A stretch of 64,000 nt of DNA, taken from positions 128,001 to 192,000 of the forward strand of contig CAVVKJ010000005.1 in NCBI GenBank assembly GCA_963748815.1, in the 5' to 3' direction. Positions 11,731-21,816 of the stretch are shown piece after piece (positions within the stretch are counted from its first letter, which is position 1; every line of letters starts with the position of its first letter). The stretch is from an uncultured Gemmatimonadales bacterium (GTDB lineage Bacteria > Gemmatimonadota > Gemmatimonadetes > Gemmatimonadales > GWC2-71-9). Both the position numbers and the translations under genes were made by a program. The notes under the pieces are model-generated. The model ran no database searches. It saw nothing but the letters and a program-made list of their open reading frames with translations, and was not told the DNA's origin.

Positions 11731-12342
11731 ATGCATCGGTTCGGCCTTGTCGGGATGTTGTTGCTTGCCGCTTCACCCCTCGCAGCCCAATCCGGCATCG
11801 AGTTTACCCCGACAATTGGCTATCGCTTCGGCGGCACGGTCAACAGCGACGTCGGGAAGTTCTCGGCCAACGACAACCTGGCCTGGGGTGCGACCCTCGG
11901 GTTTCGCGTCAAGCGTGACGGGCTGGTGGAGCTGGTCTACAGCCGGCAGTCGACGAGCATCGATTTCAAGCCAGACACCGCCGGGAGGTACACCGTGGGC
12001 GACGCCGCCATCGAATACCTCCAGATCGGCGGCGCGCTGGAATTCGGCAACAATCCCAACACCAAGCCCTTCTTTGCCCTGACCGTGGGCGGCACCCACC
12101 TCGCCCCACAGAGCGACAATCTCGGCAGTGAATGGGTGTTCTCCTTCGGCGGCGCCCTCGGCCTCAAGACCTACCTGAACCAGCACATCGGTCTCCGGGC
12201 CCAGGCTCGGCTCTGGATGAGCACCCTCTCCTCGAATACCGAGTTCTGGTGCAGCCTGCCGGGTTATTGCGTCATCACCGCATCGGACGGAGTGTTTTTC
12301 ACGCAGGGCGAGGTGAGCGGTGGGGTGATGTTCGTGTTCTGA
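11731..12342 (+). CDS. Outer-membrane beta-barrel protein
   Basis: Signal peptide, alternating beta-strand pattern, C-terminal Phe (GVMFVF). Confidence 0.75.
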   Translation: MHRFGLVGMLLLAASPLAAQSGIEFTPTIGYRFGGTVNSDVGKFSANDNLAWGATLGFRVKRDGLVELVYSRQSTSIDFKPDTAGRYTVGDAAIEYLQIGGALEFGNNPNTKPFFALTVGGTHLAPQSDNLGSEWVFSFGGALGLKTYLNQHIGLRAQARLWMSTLSSNTEFWCSLPGYCVITASDGVFFTQGEVSGGVMFVF

Positions 12343-12343
12343 C

Positions 12344-12472
12344 GGGGTGGCCTCACGGCCACCCCTGTCGGTCGTCGACGCAATCTCGGAGCGCGGAATC
12401 CGCTTTCGGTATTGTCCTACCGATCACGAAGTCGCGTGTCCTCAGGCGAGGGGTGGGCGTGAGCCCACCCCT
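12344..12472 (-). repeat. Family 3 three-hairpin element between convergent genes
   Basis: Terminal hairpins GGGGTGGCC-N4-GGCCACCCC and GGGGTGGGC-N4-GCCCACCCC; same layout as 48874-48994. Confidence 0.75.
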
Positions 12473-13556
12473 CAATGAAGCGGAAGCGGAGGTGCCGCAC
12501 CGGAGGCCTTGGCCCAGTCCATCCCCACCGCCGCCCCCACTGTCGCCGCAATCTGCGACTGCGTCAGCTCCGGCAGGCTGCGCCGGACGCCGAGCCCCGG
12601 CGTCTCCGGCCCAAGCACCGCCGCCCAGATATACTCTGCCCCTTCCACATCGGTGCCATGATTGCGCCACGCCTTCAGCCCGCTCCCGCGCCCGTGATCG
12701 GTGGTGATGATGAAGGTCGTCTTGCCGGCGTACTCCGGCATGGCCTGCATCGTGTTCCAGAGATCCCGGATGAACCCGTCCACCCGGTGCGCCGAAGCCA
12801 GGTACTGGTCGTAGCGGCCCTCGTGGGCCCATTCGTCGGTTTCGCCGTAGCCGATGTAGAGCGCCTGCGGGCGCTCGGTCCGGACGTAGTCCATCACCAC
12901 CGCCTGCATGAAGGCGTCATACGGCATCTCCTGCCAGACGCGGGTGGTGGTGGCGTACAGGGTATCGAGCAGGACTCGGCGCGGGAGCAGTGTCCCCCGG
13001 AAAGGGCTCGTCCCAGCCGGCCCGGACCCACATCGGGGCACGCTCCTGGTTGAAGATCGGTCGCGAAGACGTCCCAGGTGCCGAACGCCGCCACCTTTCC
13101 CGTAAACTCCGGTTTTCCCGCCAGCCACTCGAACACCGTCACGTTCGGGTTGGGGCCGTAGTCGTTCCGGTCGATGCGGGGGTCCGCCTTGCCGGTCAGC
13201 ATCTCGTTGTAGCCGGGGTAGGAAAACTTGTACCCGTTGGTCACCACCATCGTGCTGCCCAGGTCGCGGTCACCGAGGATCTGGCCATCCCGAGCGATGA
13301 CACTCCACATGAATGGCATCAGCGCCCGGCTGTTGGCCATCTTGTCGCCCACGAGGAAGGCGCGCCGCAGCGCGGCGGTGTCCTCGACGCCGCCATACTC
13401 GGCGTTGTTGAGCGCCGGATCGGCGCCGCCGAAGAGCTCCTGCCAGCGGAAGCCGTCCGTCACGATGAGGACCACGTTCTGCCGTCGGGGGGACTGAGCG
13501 GTGGCGGGAGCTGCCACGAGGAGGAAGAGGAAGAGCGCGCCGATGAGCCTATGCAT
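12472..13556 (-). CDS. Alkaline-phosphatase superfamily metalloenzyme, secreted, frameshifted
   Basis: NVVLIVTDGFRWQE, FSYPGYNE, GETDEWAH, TTDHGRG; indels around 13000-13070. Confidence 0.8.
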
Positions 13557-14395
13557 TCTTGAACCTGAGCTGTCGGAGGTAGGCGTAGCTGGCGGCCGCC
13601 GAGGCGAAGGGGTCGGTGGCGTCATCGTGTTCGACGAACCCGTGGCGGACTCCAGCTTGCTTTGCGTGGGCAAAGATCGCCGCCCAGTCCACGGAACCGG
13701 CACCGACGTCGACCATTGACCCGTCGGCGGAGCGCCCCTTCAGGTGCAGCAGCGAAAACCGGCCGGGCCACGTTGCAAAGTAGGAAAGCGGGTTGCCGTC
13801 TCCCTCGAGCACCCAGTAGATGTCCATCTCGAAGCCGACCACGGCCGGGTCCGTCTCGCCGAGAAGGATGTCGTAGGGAATCTGGCCGTCTATCGGCGTG
13901 AGTTCGGTGGCGTGGTTGTGGTAGGCGAACTTGAACCCCGCCTCGCGGGCAGCCTTCCCGTACTCGTTGAACCGCTCAGCCCACCGACGGAAGTCGTCGA
14001 GCGTCTTCCGCTGTTCGGCATCGATCCAGGCCAGGACGAGGTATTCGATGCCCAGCGTGCGTGCGGCGGACACGGTGGTGCGCCATCCCCCCTCAAAGTC
14101 TTCGACCGTCAGGTGGGCGGCAGGCGCCGTGAGGCCGGCATCGTCCAGCACCTTTCGCGTCTGGGCAGGGGTGGTGCCCCGGTTCCAGGCGAATTCCACC
14201 TCCTTGTAGCCGAGGGCCGCCAGCCGTTGCAGATGTGCCTGAAAAATCGGCTTCCAGCGCCTGCCGCACCGTATAGAGCTGGATGCCGATGCTCTTGAGT
14301 TTGTCAGCCGGTACCGGGTCGCGAGGAAACGGGAGGGCAGCACCGAGGCTGGCGGCACCGGACAGCCGAATGAATTCTCGTCGGGAGAACCTCAC
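13549..14395 (-). CDS. Sugar phosphate isomerase/epimerase (AP2-like TIM barrel) with Tat signal, frameshifted
   Basis: FSRREFI Tat motif, IGIQLYTVR, AYHNHA, FEMDIYW, HLK, VEHD. Confidence 0.85.
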
Positions 14396-14697
14396 GCGCG
14401 ACCCTGCAGCTTGGCCACCCACCAGCGGAGCCCGACAAAGAGAAACCGCCAGTCCTTGAAGAACTCGGGCGGCTTCCCCTCGAAGGCGTGCCCGATGAAC
14501 TGAAAGACCCATCCCACCACGAACAGGGTCAGCGGGATGCGCCAGAAGCCGGGTACCCAGATGCCGACGAGGAAGAGCGGTATTGACACGGCAATGAGCG
14601 GGATGCCTATGGTATGACAGACCCGGTTGACCGGGTTCTGGTGACTGGTGGCGTATTGTGCAATCCACTCATCCCAGCTCTTGCCGCCGAGCGCCAT
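14392..14697 (-). CDS. DUF962/Mpo1-like small membrane protein
   Basis: YATSHQNPVNRVCHTIGIP...FQFIGHAFEGKPP. Confidence 0.85.
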   Translation of the reverse strand: MALGGKSWDEWIAQYATSHQNPVNRVCHTIGIPLIAVSIPLFLVGIWVPGFWRIPLTLFVVGWVFQFIGHAFEGKPPEFFKDWRFLFVGLRWWVAKLQGRA

Positions 14698-14762
14698 GGA
14701 TTCTCTCCGAAAGGGGTCCCTCCAAACGTTCAACCCCGCGCGACGGAGGGCAAGAGGGATAG

Positions 14763-14798
14763 AAAAACCCCGCCCGGCAACGGCCGGGCGGGGTTTCT
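14763..14798 (-). terminator. Intrinsic terminator after the kamA-family gene
   Basis: Minus strand AAACCCCGCCCGGC-CGTT-GCCGGGCGGGGTTTTT, about 20 bp past the stop. Confidence 0.8.
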
Positions 14799-14816
14799 CG
14801 GGGTCGAGCCTGATGG

Positions 14817-16001
14817 TCAGGCCAGCTTGCGCTTCGGAACCTTGCTGGTTCCCTTGGCTCGCTTCGCCGGCTTCTTCAACTGTAGCGTCGGCTGGAAGAG
14901 ATACTCGGGATCGGTTCGGCGGCCCATGGCCGCTATCGCCTCCTCCTCGTTCGGCTGACGGTACACGAACTGGTCGCCCCGGAAGTTGCGGAGGACGACC
15001 TCTTCGTCGTTCATCGAGATGACGTATTCCGGCAGGAGGGGAATCTTCCCGCCGCCGCCGGGGGCGTCGATGACGAACTGCGGGTTGGCCAGGCCGCTGG
15101 TCCAGCCGCGCAGCGACTCCATGATCTGGATGCCGGTCTGGACGCTGGTCCGGAAGTGCTCCGCCCCGGCCACCTGGTCGGCCATGTAGATGTAGTAGGG
15201 CCGGACCCGGGCCTGCATCAGGCGGTGCATCAGCTGCTTCATGACCTCGGGGGTGTCGTTGACCCCGCGGAGGAGCACGGTCTGGCAGCCGAGCGGGATG
15301 CCGGCGTCGGCCAGCATGCCGAGACCCTTCACCGCCGCCGGCGTCAGTTCGTCGGGGTGGTTGAAGTGGGTGTTGATCCACACCGGGTGGTACTTCTTGA
15401 TCGTGGCGCAGAGTTCCGGCGTGATCCGCTCCGGGAGATGGCAGGGAACGCGGCTCCCGATCCGGATGATCTCGATGTGCTTGATGCTCCGCAGGCGGGA
15501 GAGGATGGCGTCCAGCCGCCGGTCGTTGAGGAGCAGCGGGTCGCCTCCCGACATGATGACATCGCGGATTTCGGTGTGGCTCTCCAGGTACTGGAACGCC
15601 GACTCGAACTGCGACATCGGGATCTTCTCGGGGTCGCCCACCTTCCGCCGCCGGGTGCAGAACCGGCAGTAGCTGGCGCAGACGGGGCTGACCAGGAAGA
15701 GCGCCCGGTCGGGGTAGCGGTGCGTGATGTTCGGCACCGGGCTGTCCTCGTCCTCGTTCAGGGAGTCCACAATGCCGTCGTGGACCTCGAGTTCCTGCAC
15801 GGTGGGCACGTACTGGCGCCAGATCGGGTCGTCGGGGGACTTGATCAGGTCCACCATCGCCGGCGAGATCCGGAACTCGAAATTCTCCGCGGCCAGCCGG
15901 AGGCGGTCGAGCTCGGGGAAGTTCTCGGCACCAAACCGGCTGGCGAGCGTGTCGAGCGACGCGATCGAGTTCTTACGCAGGACTTCCTGCCAAGTCTCCA
16001 T
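14817..16001 (-). CDS. kamA: KamA-family radical SAM 2,3-aminomutase (lysine 2,3-aminomutase-like)
   Basis: THRYPDR, CASYCRFC, SGGDPL, THFNHP, DAPGGGGK PLP-lysine motif; substrate not proven. Confidence 0.85.
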   Translation of the reverse strand: METWQEVLRKNSIASLDTLASRFGAENFPELDRLRLAAENFEFRISPAMVDLIKSPDDPIWRQYVPTVQELEVHDGIVDSLNEDEDSPVPNITHRYPDRALFLVSPVCASYCRFCTRRRKVGDPEKIPMSQFESAFQYLESHTEIRDVIMSGGDPLLLNDRRLDAILSRLRSIKHIEIIRIGSRVPCHLPERITPELCATIKKYHPVWINTHFNHPDELTPAAVKGLGMLADAGIPLGCQTVLLRGVNDTPEVMKQLMHRLMQARVRPYYIYMADQVAGAEHFRTSVQTGIQIMESLRGWTSGLANPQFVIDAPGGGGKIPLLPEYVISMNDEEVVLRNFRGDQFVYRQPNEEEAIAAMGRRTDPEYLFQPTLQLKKPAKRAKGTSKVPKRKLA

Positions 16002-16016
16002 GCCAGTACCCCATCC

Positions 16017-16517
16017 TCAGGTTGTTGCGGGAACCTCGAAATACTTCACGAACGTCACCTGGTCGTCGCCCGGCGCGTAGAAGTCCGGGATCATGCCGAC
16101 GGCCCGGTACCCCCGGGCCTCGTAGAAGGCGCGCGTCGGTGCGTAGTCCACCCGGCCCGCCGTCTCGACCACTATGAGCCGCGCCACACCCGCGAGGCGC
16201 CGCTCCATCTCCTCTACCAGAAGCGTGCCGAGTCCGAGCCCGTGCTGCGCCGGATCGACCGCCATCCAGTAGAGATCCCAGGTGGCCACGGTGCAGGGCG
16301 TCGGTCCCCAGCAAATCCAGCCCGCCAGCCGACCGTCCACCTCGACGCCGAGCGCCGTGTAGTCCGGGCTGCCGGCCACCGCGGCGTCGAAGACTTCCAG
16401 CGCCACGGGGACTTCGTCGTCTCGAAAGAGCCCGACCGCCCGCGTGATTTCCTCGAGTCGGGTCCGGTCGGCGGTGGTCAGCCCACGGAGCTGCCCGGCA
16501 ACCGCCGCCCGCGTCAC
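16017..16517 (-). CDS. GNAT family N-acetyltransferase
   Basis: WDLYWMAVDPAQHGLGLG, TRAFYEARGY; GTG overlaps the upstream stop. Confidence 0.85.
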   Translation of the reverse strand: MTRAAVAGQLRGLTTADRTRLEEITRAVGLFRDDEVPVALEVFDAAVAGSPDYTALGVEVDGRLAGWICWGPTPCTVATWDLYWMAVDPAQHGLGLGTLLVEEMERRLAGVARLIVVETAGRVDYAPTRAFYEARGYRAVGMIPDFYAPGDDQVTFVKYFEVPATT

Positions 16518-17521
16518 GAAGTGACCCGCCCCGACAGGGCGCCCTCCGCGAGCGCGACGCGGCCCCGCTCCAACGCTTCCTCGGCGATCTGGAGGACCAG
16601 CGCCGAGTAATCCCATCCGAATGCCCGACCCATGCGCGCAAGTCCGGCGTCGCTCGAGAGGTCAGGATCGGGATTCAGTTCGAGTACCCACGGCGTACCG
16701 TCGGCATCGAGCCGCAGGTCCACTCGTCCATATCCCTCGCACTTTGCCAGAGCGCGCCACGCGCGTTCTGCAACACTTACCAGCTTTTTTGCCGTTGCCT
16801 GGTCCACCTTGGCGGGGCAGACCGGTATGGTGTGCAGGTCGTAGTCGCTGCCCGCATTCCACTTGGCGGCGTAGGTCACGATGGGCGGCTTGCCTTCGCC
16901 GAGCCCGGTAAAATCGATTTCGGAAATCGGCAGGGCGGTGGTCCCCACGAAGCCGACGTTGAATTCGCGCCCTTCCACATACTCCTGCACCAGGACGTCT
17001 TCCCAGGTGGCCGTCACCTTGGCGAGCCGTTCGAGGAGCGCCTCTGGGGTGTGGCAGACGGACCCTTCGTCGATGCCGACACTGGCGTCTTCCATTGACG
17101 GCTTGACGATGACCGGGAACCGCAGCCCCTCGGGTACCACCGGCTCGTGCACCAGCGCAAAGGCCGGGACCGGGAGCCCCTCCTCCCGGAGGAGGGTGTT
17201 GGCCACATGCTTCCGGTGGCAAATCGTGATCGGCCAGGAGCGGCACCCGGTAAACGGCACCCGGGTCAGCTCGAGCGCGGCCACCACGTAGTCCTCGAAC
17301 CGCGCGTGGCCGTTGATGCCCTCGCAGAGGTTGAAGACCAGGTCGGCCTTCTGGCAGCGCTCCATCCAGCCGAGGTCCGCCAGGTACACCGGGATCATCT
17401 CGGTGGCGTGGCCCGCCGCCTTCAGGATCCCCTCGATTTCCCGGACATTGGCGAGGACGGCGGCGACGTCGGCCGCGCTCCACTCGTCGCTGCCGCCATC
17501 ATGGAGGAGGGCAACCCTCAC
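16514..17521 (-). CDS. D-Ala-D-Ala-ligase-like ATP-grasp enzyme (second copy)
   Basis: VFNLCEG, PVIVKP..EDASVGI, QEYVEGREF, YGRVDLR, LELNPDP. Confidence 0.85.
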   Translation of the reverse strand: MRVALLHDGGSDEWSAADVAAVLANVREIEGILKAAGHATEMIPVYLADLGWMERCQKADLVFNLCEGINGHARFEDYVVAALELTRVPFTGCRSWPITICHRKHVANTLLREEGLPVPAFALVHEPVVPEGLRFPVIVKPSMEDASVGIDEGSVCHTPEALLERLAKVTATWEDVLVQEYVEGREFNVGFVGTTALPISEIDFTGLGEGKPPIVTYAAKWNAGSDYDLHTIPVCPAKVDQATAKKLVSVAERAWRALAKCEGYGRVDLRLDADGTPWVLELNPDPDLSSDAGLARMGRAFGWDYSALVLQIAEEALERGRVALAEGALSGRVTS

Positions 17522-18624
17522 GCCGCGACCTCGGCAAGGAGCCGCCGACCGCCGGTGATCCGCCGCCAGGCGATGTCGGCCACTGTCTGGATCAGCTCGT
17601 CGTAGTCCAGGCCGGCCGCCCGCGCCGCCTTGGGGAAGCAGGAATTGTCGCGCGGATCGGGGAGGACGCCCGGCAGCGGGTTCAGCTCGACGATCATCGG
17701 GTTGCCGTCGGCGTCGCAGCGGACGTCGATCCGGCACCAGTCCCGGCAGCCGAGGGCGTGGTACGCGCCGAGGCAGGCCTCGCGGATCCGGCGCGCCAGC
17801 GATTCCGGGATCGGCGCGGGGCACTGATAGATGTCGAGCGGATTGTCGAGGGTGTCCCAGAGCCACTTCGCCTCGTAGCCGTAGATGGGCGGGGCGCCCT
17901 CGGGGAGGTCGGCGTAGTCCATGGCCACGATCGGGAGGCAGCGCGCCTCGGCGCCGTTGCCGAGCACGGCGACGGTGAACTCGGCGCCCGGCAGCCAGGC
18001 TTCGATGAGTACCGGCTGACGGTAGGTGGTCAGCAGGTGCTCGACCCGGCCGACCAGGGCGTCGCGGTCGTGGCAGAGGTTGTCGACCGTGATTCCCTTG
18101 CCCGATCCCTCGCAGGCCGGCTTGACGAATACCGGGAAGGGGAGGGTGCAGGTGGCGGCGTCGGCCACCGACTCGGCGATCCGGAACGGCGCCGTCGGGA
18201 CGCCGCGCGCCACCATCGTCTCCTTGGCCCGCCCCTTGTGGAGGGCGAGACCGAGGGCGAGCGGGTCGGAGGCGTGACAGGGAATGCCGTAGAACTCGCA
18301 GATGGCGGGGACGTGCCCCTCGCGGTTCGGGCCGTAGAGCCCTTCGGCGATGTTGAACACGAAATCGGGACGGGCATCGGCCAGCTTCTGCGGGAACGAA
18401 GCGTCGGCCTCCAGGCGAATGACCTGGCCGAGCGGCTGCAGCGCGCGCTCGATGGCGTCGATGGTGCCGGGTTCGTCCCACTCGGCGTAGAGATCGGGTT
18501 GGTCGAGATCGGTACGGAGGGCGCGGAGGGCGGTGTTCCGGTCGACAGGGGAGGCGAAGTCTCCCCCAGCGATCGCTGCGGCTTGGGGCTTCAGGTTGTA
18601 GGCGAGTCCGATACGAACTCCCAA
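17518..18624 (-). CDS. D-Ala-D-Ala-ligase-like ATP-grasp enzyme (first copy)
   Basis: VFNIAEG, FVKPACEGSGKGI, YGYEAKW, RIDVR, ELNPLPG; TTG start after an AGGGGGAG RBS. Confidence 0.85.
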   Translation of the reverse strand: MGVRIGLAYNLKPQAAAIAGGDFASPVDRNTALRALRTDLDQPDLYAEWDEPGTIDAIERALQPLGQVIRLEADASFPQKLADARPDFVFNIAEGLYGPNREGHVPAICEFYGIPCHASDPLALGLALHKGRAKETMVARGVPTAPFRIAESVADAATCTLPFPVFVKPACEGSGKGITVDNLCHDRDALVGRVEHLLTTYRQPVLIEAWLPGAEFTVAVLGNGAEARCLPIVAMDYADLPEGAPPIYGYEAKWLWDTLDNPLDIYQCPAPIPESLARRIREACLGAYHALGCRDWCRIDVRCDADGNPMIVELNPLPGVLPDPRDNSCFPKAARAAGLDYDELIQTVADIAWRRITGGRRLLAEVAA

Positions 18625-18633
18625 ACACTCCCC

Positions 18634-18720
18634 CTAAAAAAAGCTGCCACCGAATTGCGGCGAGCCGACGTGCTTGCTGTTGTCGGACACTAAGTTAAGA
18701 AAAAGGGGAGCGAAGCACAA
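18634..18720 (-). promoter_or_regulatory. Sigma70-like promoter and structured leader of the ligase-GNAT-kamA operon
   Basis: TTGTGC-17 bp-TAACTT (18720-18692), then two hairpins and a T7 run just before the RBS. Confidence 0.55.
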
Positions 18721-18763
18721 TAGATTTTTGGCGGATTGGTGGACTGAAGTTGGGAAGGAGAAA

Positions 18764-18856
18764 GGACTTAGGACTTGAGGACTGAGGAGCTGAGGACTGA
18801 GGTCGGTATCGAAACTCCTGCTCCTTCCGCCTTCCGCCCCTCAAGTCCTCAGTCCC
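18764..18856. repeat. Family 5 heptamer (GAGGACT/AGTCCTC) tandem runs in inverted arrangement
   Basis: GGACTTA GGACTTG AGGACTG... then CCTCAAGTCCTCAGTCC; similar runs at 42109-42135 and 51651-51675. Confidence 0.65.
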
Positions 18857-19350
18857 TTTCTCCTTTTCCGCCTTTGTAGACCCGAAACTCCGACCGCGAA
18901 CTCGTTCCTGTCGTCCGCTCCACGGAGTTCGGTCGACACCAGCGCCCACGCGTTTCCCTCGGGGAGAGGGAAGTGCGCGTCCCCCTCGGGGGAGGCGTGC
19001 ACCAGGGTCAGGTAGATCTTCTCGGCGCGCGGCATCGCCTGGCGGTAGATGTCGGCGCCGCCGATCACGAACACCTCGCCGGTCGGGCCGGCCTCGGTGA
19101 ACGCCGCCTCGAGGCTCGGTACGCGAGTGGCGCCCTCCGGGCGGAACTCCGGGTTCCGGCTGACGACGAGGTTCCGGCGGCCGGTCAGTCCCTTCCCGAT
19201 CGACTCGAAGGTCTTCCGTCCCATGATGACGGTGTGCCCCAGGGTGAGCGCCTTGAACCGGCGGAGGTCGGCGGAGAGCCGCCAGGGCAGGGCGTTGTCC
19301 CGGCCGATGACGCCGTTCTCGGCGACGGCCACGACCAGGGCGATGCTCAC
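18841..19350 (-). CDS. folA: Dihydrofolate reductase (3' end uncertain)
   Basis: [44 protein letters not shown]. Confidence 0.92.
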   Translation of the reverse strand: MSIALVVAVAENGVIGRDNALPWRLSADLRRFKALTLGHTVIMGRKTFESIGKGLTGRRNLVVSRNPEFRPEGATRVPSLEAAFTEAGPTGEVFVIGGADIYRQAMPRAEKIYLTLVHASPEGDAHFPLPEGNAWALVSTELRGADDRNEFAVGVSGLQRRKRRKGLRT

Positions 19351-20142
19351 ACCGCCACCTTGCCGGGGATGTGGGGGTGCGGGTCGTAGCCGACGACCTC
19401 GAAGTCCTCGAAGCGGAAATCGAAGAGGGAGGTGACGGCGGGGTTGAGGCGTATCGTGGGCAGGGGCCGCGGGGTCCGTGACAGCTGGAGCCGGGCCCCG
19501 TCCAGATGGTTGGTATATAGGTGGGCGTCGCCGAAGGTATGGATGAACTCTCCGGGCCGGAGCCCGGTCACCTGCGCCACCATCAGGGTCAGGAGGGCGT
19601 AGCTGGCAATGTTGAATGGCACGCCGAGGAAGGCGTCGGCGCTCCGCTGGTAGAGCTGGCAGGAGAGGCGGCCGTCGGCCACGTAGAACTGGAAGAGGGC
19701 GTGGCAGGGGGCCAGCGCCATGTCGGGAATGTCGGCGGGGTTCCAGGCGCTCACGATGAGTCGCCGGGAATCGGGGTTCCGGTGGATTTCCTCCACGCAC
19801 CTGCGTGATCTGGTCGATGTGCCCGCCGTTCGGCGTGGGCCACGAGCGCCACTGCCGTCCGTATACCGGGCCCAGTTCGCCAGACGGGTCGGCCCAGTCG
19901 TCCCAGATGCTGACGCCGTGCTCCTGCAGGTAGCGGACGTTGGTGTCTCCCCGCAGGAACCAGAGCAGCTCGTACACAATCGACTTCATGTGGAGCTTCT
20001 TGGTGGTGACCAGCGGAAACCCCTCGGCCAGGTCGAAGCGCATCTGGTGACCAAACACGCTGAGTGTGCCGGTGCCTGTTCGGTCCGACTTGGCGGCGCC
20101 GGTGTCGAGGATGCGGGAGAGGAGGTCGAGGTAGGGCTTCAT
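19347..20142 (-). CDS. thyA: Thymidylate synthase, frameshifted
   Basis: [44 protein letters not shown]; shift near 19798. Confidence 0.95.
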
Positions 20143-21746
20143 CTGGCCAGCTCCAGGCGCGCGCGGGCGTAGCCGCCAGTGCGTTCGATGTCCCGCAGGG
20201 CTCGGGCAATGTCGTCGGGAATGCTCGCGGCGGCGGCGCCGACCTTCAGGCGAGCGATGGGCACTTCCCCGGCCGGGAGCTTGATCCCCGGATTGAGGAT
20301 TCCGGCTGGATCGAAGGCGGTCTTGATGGAACGGAAGAGCTCCACCAGCTCCGGTCCGAACACCGACTCCAGGGCGTCGACCCGCAGCCGACCGTCGCCG
20401 TGCTCACCGCTCAGGGTGCCGCCGAGGGCGGCAGTCCCGGCCGAGACCTCGTTGAGCACGGCGGTGACCCCGGCCTCCCAGCCCTGCTTCGTGGTGTCCA
20501 CCATCAGGTTCACGTGGATGTTGCCGTCTCCCGCGTGGCCGAAGATGACGGCGCCGAGGCCGTGGGCCTCGGTGACCCGCCGGACGAGTCGAACATAGTC
20601 CGCCAGGCGGGAAATGGGGACGGCGCCGTCCTCGATGACCTGCATCGAGCGGTGGGTTTCGGGGAGGCGGGCCAGAATGGGACTCGCGGCGTGCCGGATT
20701 TCCCAGAGTTCGGCGGCGTCGTCCGGGGTGATGGCGGTCTCCACCTCGCTGGTCCAGGCGCTGACGGCGCGGACAGCGTCGCCCACCGCGCCGCGCGCGG
20801 CGGCGTCAGTGGCCCGCTCGAACTCCACGAGGAGGATTGCCTCGGCGCCGGCGAGGAGGCTCGGCACCGAGCCACCTTCGCGGGCCACCAGCTCGAGGAA
20901 GGTGCGGTCCAGCAGCTCCAGCGCGGCGGGCCGGAGGGGGCGAAGCGCGGAGACCACGTCAGCGAGGTCATCGAGGGAACGGAGCGCCATGCGGACGCCC
21001 GCGGTCGCTCCCGGCACCGGCGCCAGTCGGCACTCGAGTCCGGTGATGAAGCCGAGCGTGCCTTCGGAGCCGATCAACAGGTCGAGCAGGTCGCCAGAGT
21101 CGAGGACGGCGTCCACCGCGTAGCCAGAGGAGTTCTTGCGGACCCGCGGAAAGCGGGAGCGGATGACCGGTTCGGCGGCGGTGACCTGGTTCCGGACTTC
21201 GGCCCACCGGGGTGACAGGTTCGCGGCGTCGCCCCGCGTCCACCGGCGCAGCTCGGCGTCCGACCCGACCCACTCGATGGCGGTGATCCAATTCCGGACA
21301 CTTCCGATGCGAACCGCCGAGGCGCCGGCGGCGTTGGTTGCGGCCATCCCGCCGAGGGTGGCCCAGCGGCCGCTCGACGGCATGGGAGGAAACCGGAGGC
21401 CGTGCGGGCGGGCGGCGGCGTCGAGCGCGCCGGCGGCGACGCCGGCGGAGATCCACGCGCTTCGGTTGGCCGGATCGACCTCGAGGCGAGTCGGACTGAG
21501 CGCCGTAAGGTCGACGATCACGCCGTCACCCACGTTGCCGCCCCCCATCGCGCTGCCGGCGCCGCGTGCGACGAGTGGAGTACCAGTGTCGGAGGCCCAG
21601 CGGACCAGGCGCTGCAGGTCGGGCAAATTGACGGGGACTGCGACGGCGGCGGGCACGATTCGATAGATGCCGGCCCCCTCGGCGTAGGCGGCCCGGGCGC
21701 GATCGTCGGTCCTGAACTGGCCCTGCAGGCGTGGTCCCCTCGGCAT
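20139..21746 (-). CDS. FAD-binding oxidoreductase (D-lactate/glycolate-dehydrogenase-like FAD-linked oxidase)
   Basis: [53 protein letters not shown]. Confidence 0.88.
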   Translation of the reverse strand: MPRGPRLQGQFRTDDRARAAYAEGAGIYRIVPAAVAVPVNLPDLQRLVRWASDTGTPLVARGAGSAMGGGNVGDGVIVDLTALSPTRLEVDPANRSAWISAGVAAGALDAAARPHGLRFPPMPSSGRWATLGGMAATNAAGASAVRIGSVRNWITAIEWVGSDAELRRWTRGDAANLSPRWAEVRNQVTAAEPVIRSRFPRVRKNSSGYAVDAVLDSGDLLDLLIGSEGTLGFITGLECRLAPVPGATAGVRMALRSLDDLADVVSALRPLRPAALELLDRTFLELVAREGGSVPSLLAGAEAILLVEFERATDAAARGAVGDAVRAVSAWTSEVETAITPDDAAELWEIRHAASPILARLPETHRSMQVIEDGAVPISRLADYVRLVRRVTEAHGLGAVIFGHAGDGNIHVNLMVDTTKQGWEAGVTAVLNEVSAGTAALGGTLSGEHGDGRLRVDALESVFGPELVELFRSIKTAFDPAGILNPGIKLPAGEVPIARLKVGAAAASIPDDIARALRDIERTGGYARARLELAR

Positions 21747-21816
21747 GGGCGAAACGTAGGGCGGTGCACGGCGTCCGCCAAGCGAACCGCCGATTCGGCT
21801 GCTATCTTGGTGTCCC

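Noticed and set aside
14817..16001. EF-P beta-lysylation enzyme EpmB or a lysine-fermentation gene
   Set aside because: No efp, epmA or kamDE is adjacent; the context is ligases plus a GNAT.
16514..18624. Vancomycin-resistance ligases or the housekeeping ddl
   Set aside because: No vanH/vanX/vanRS or mur/fts genes are nearby, and the N-termini differ from canonical Ddl.
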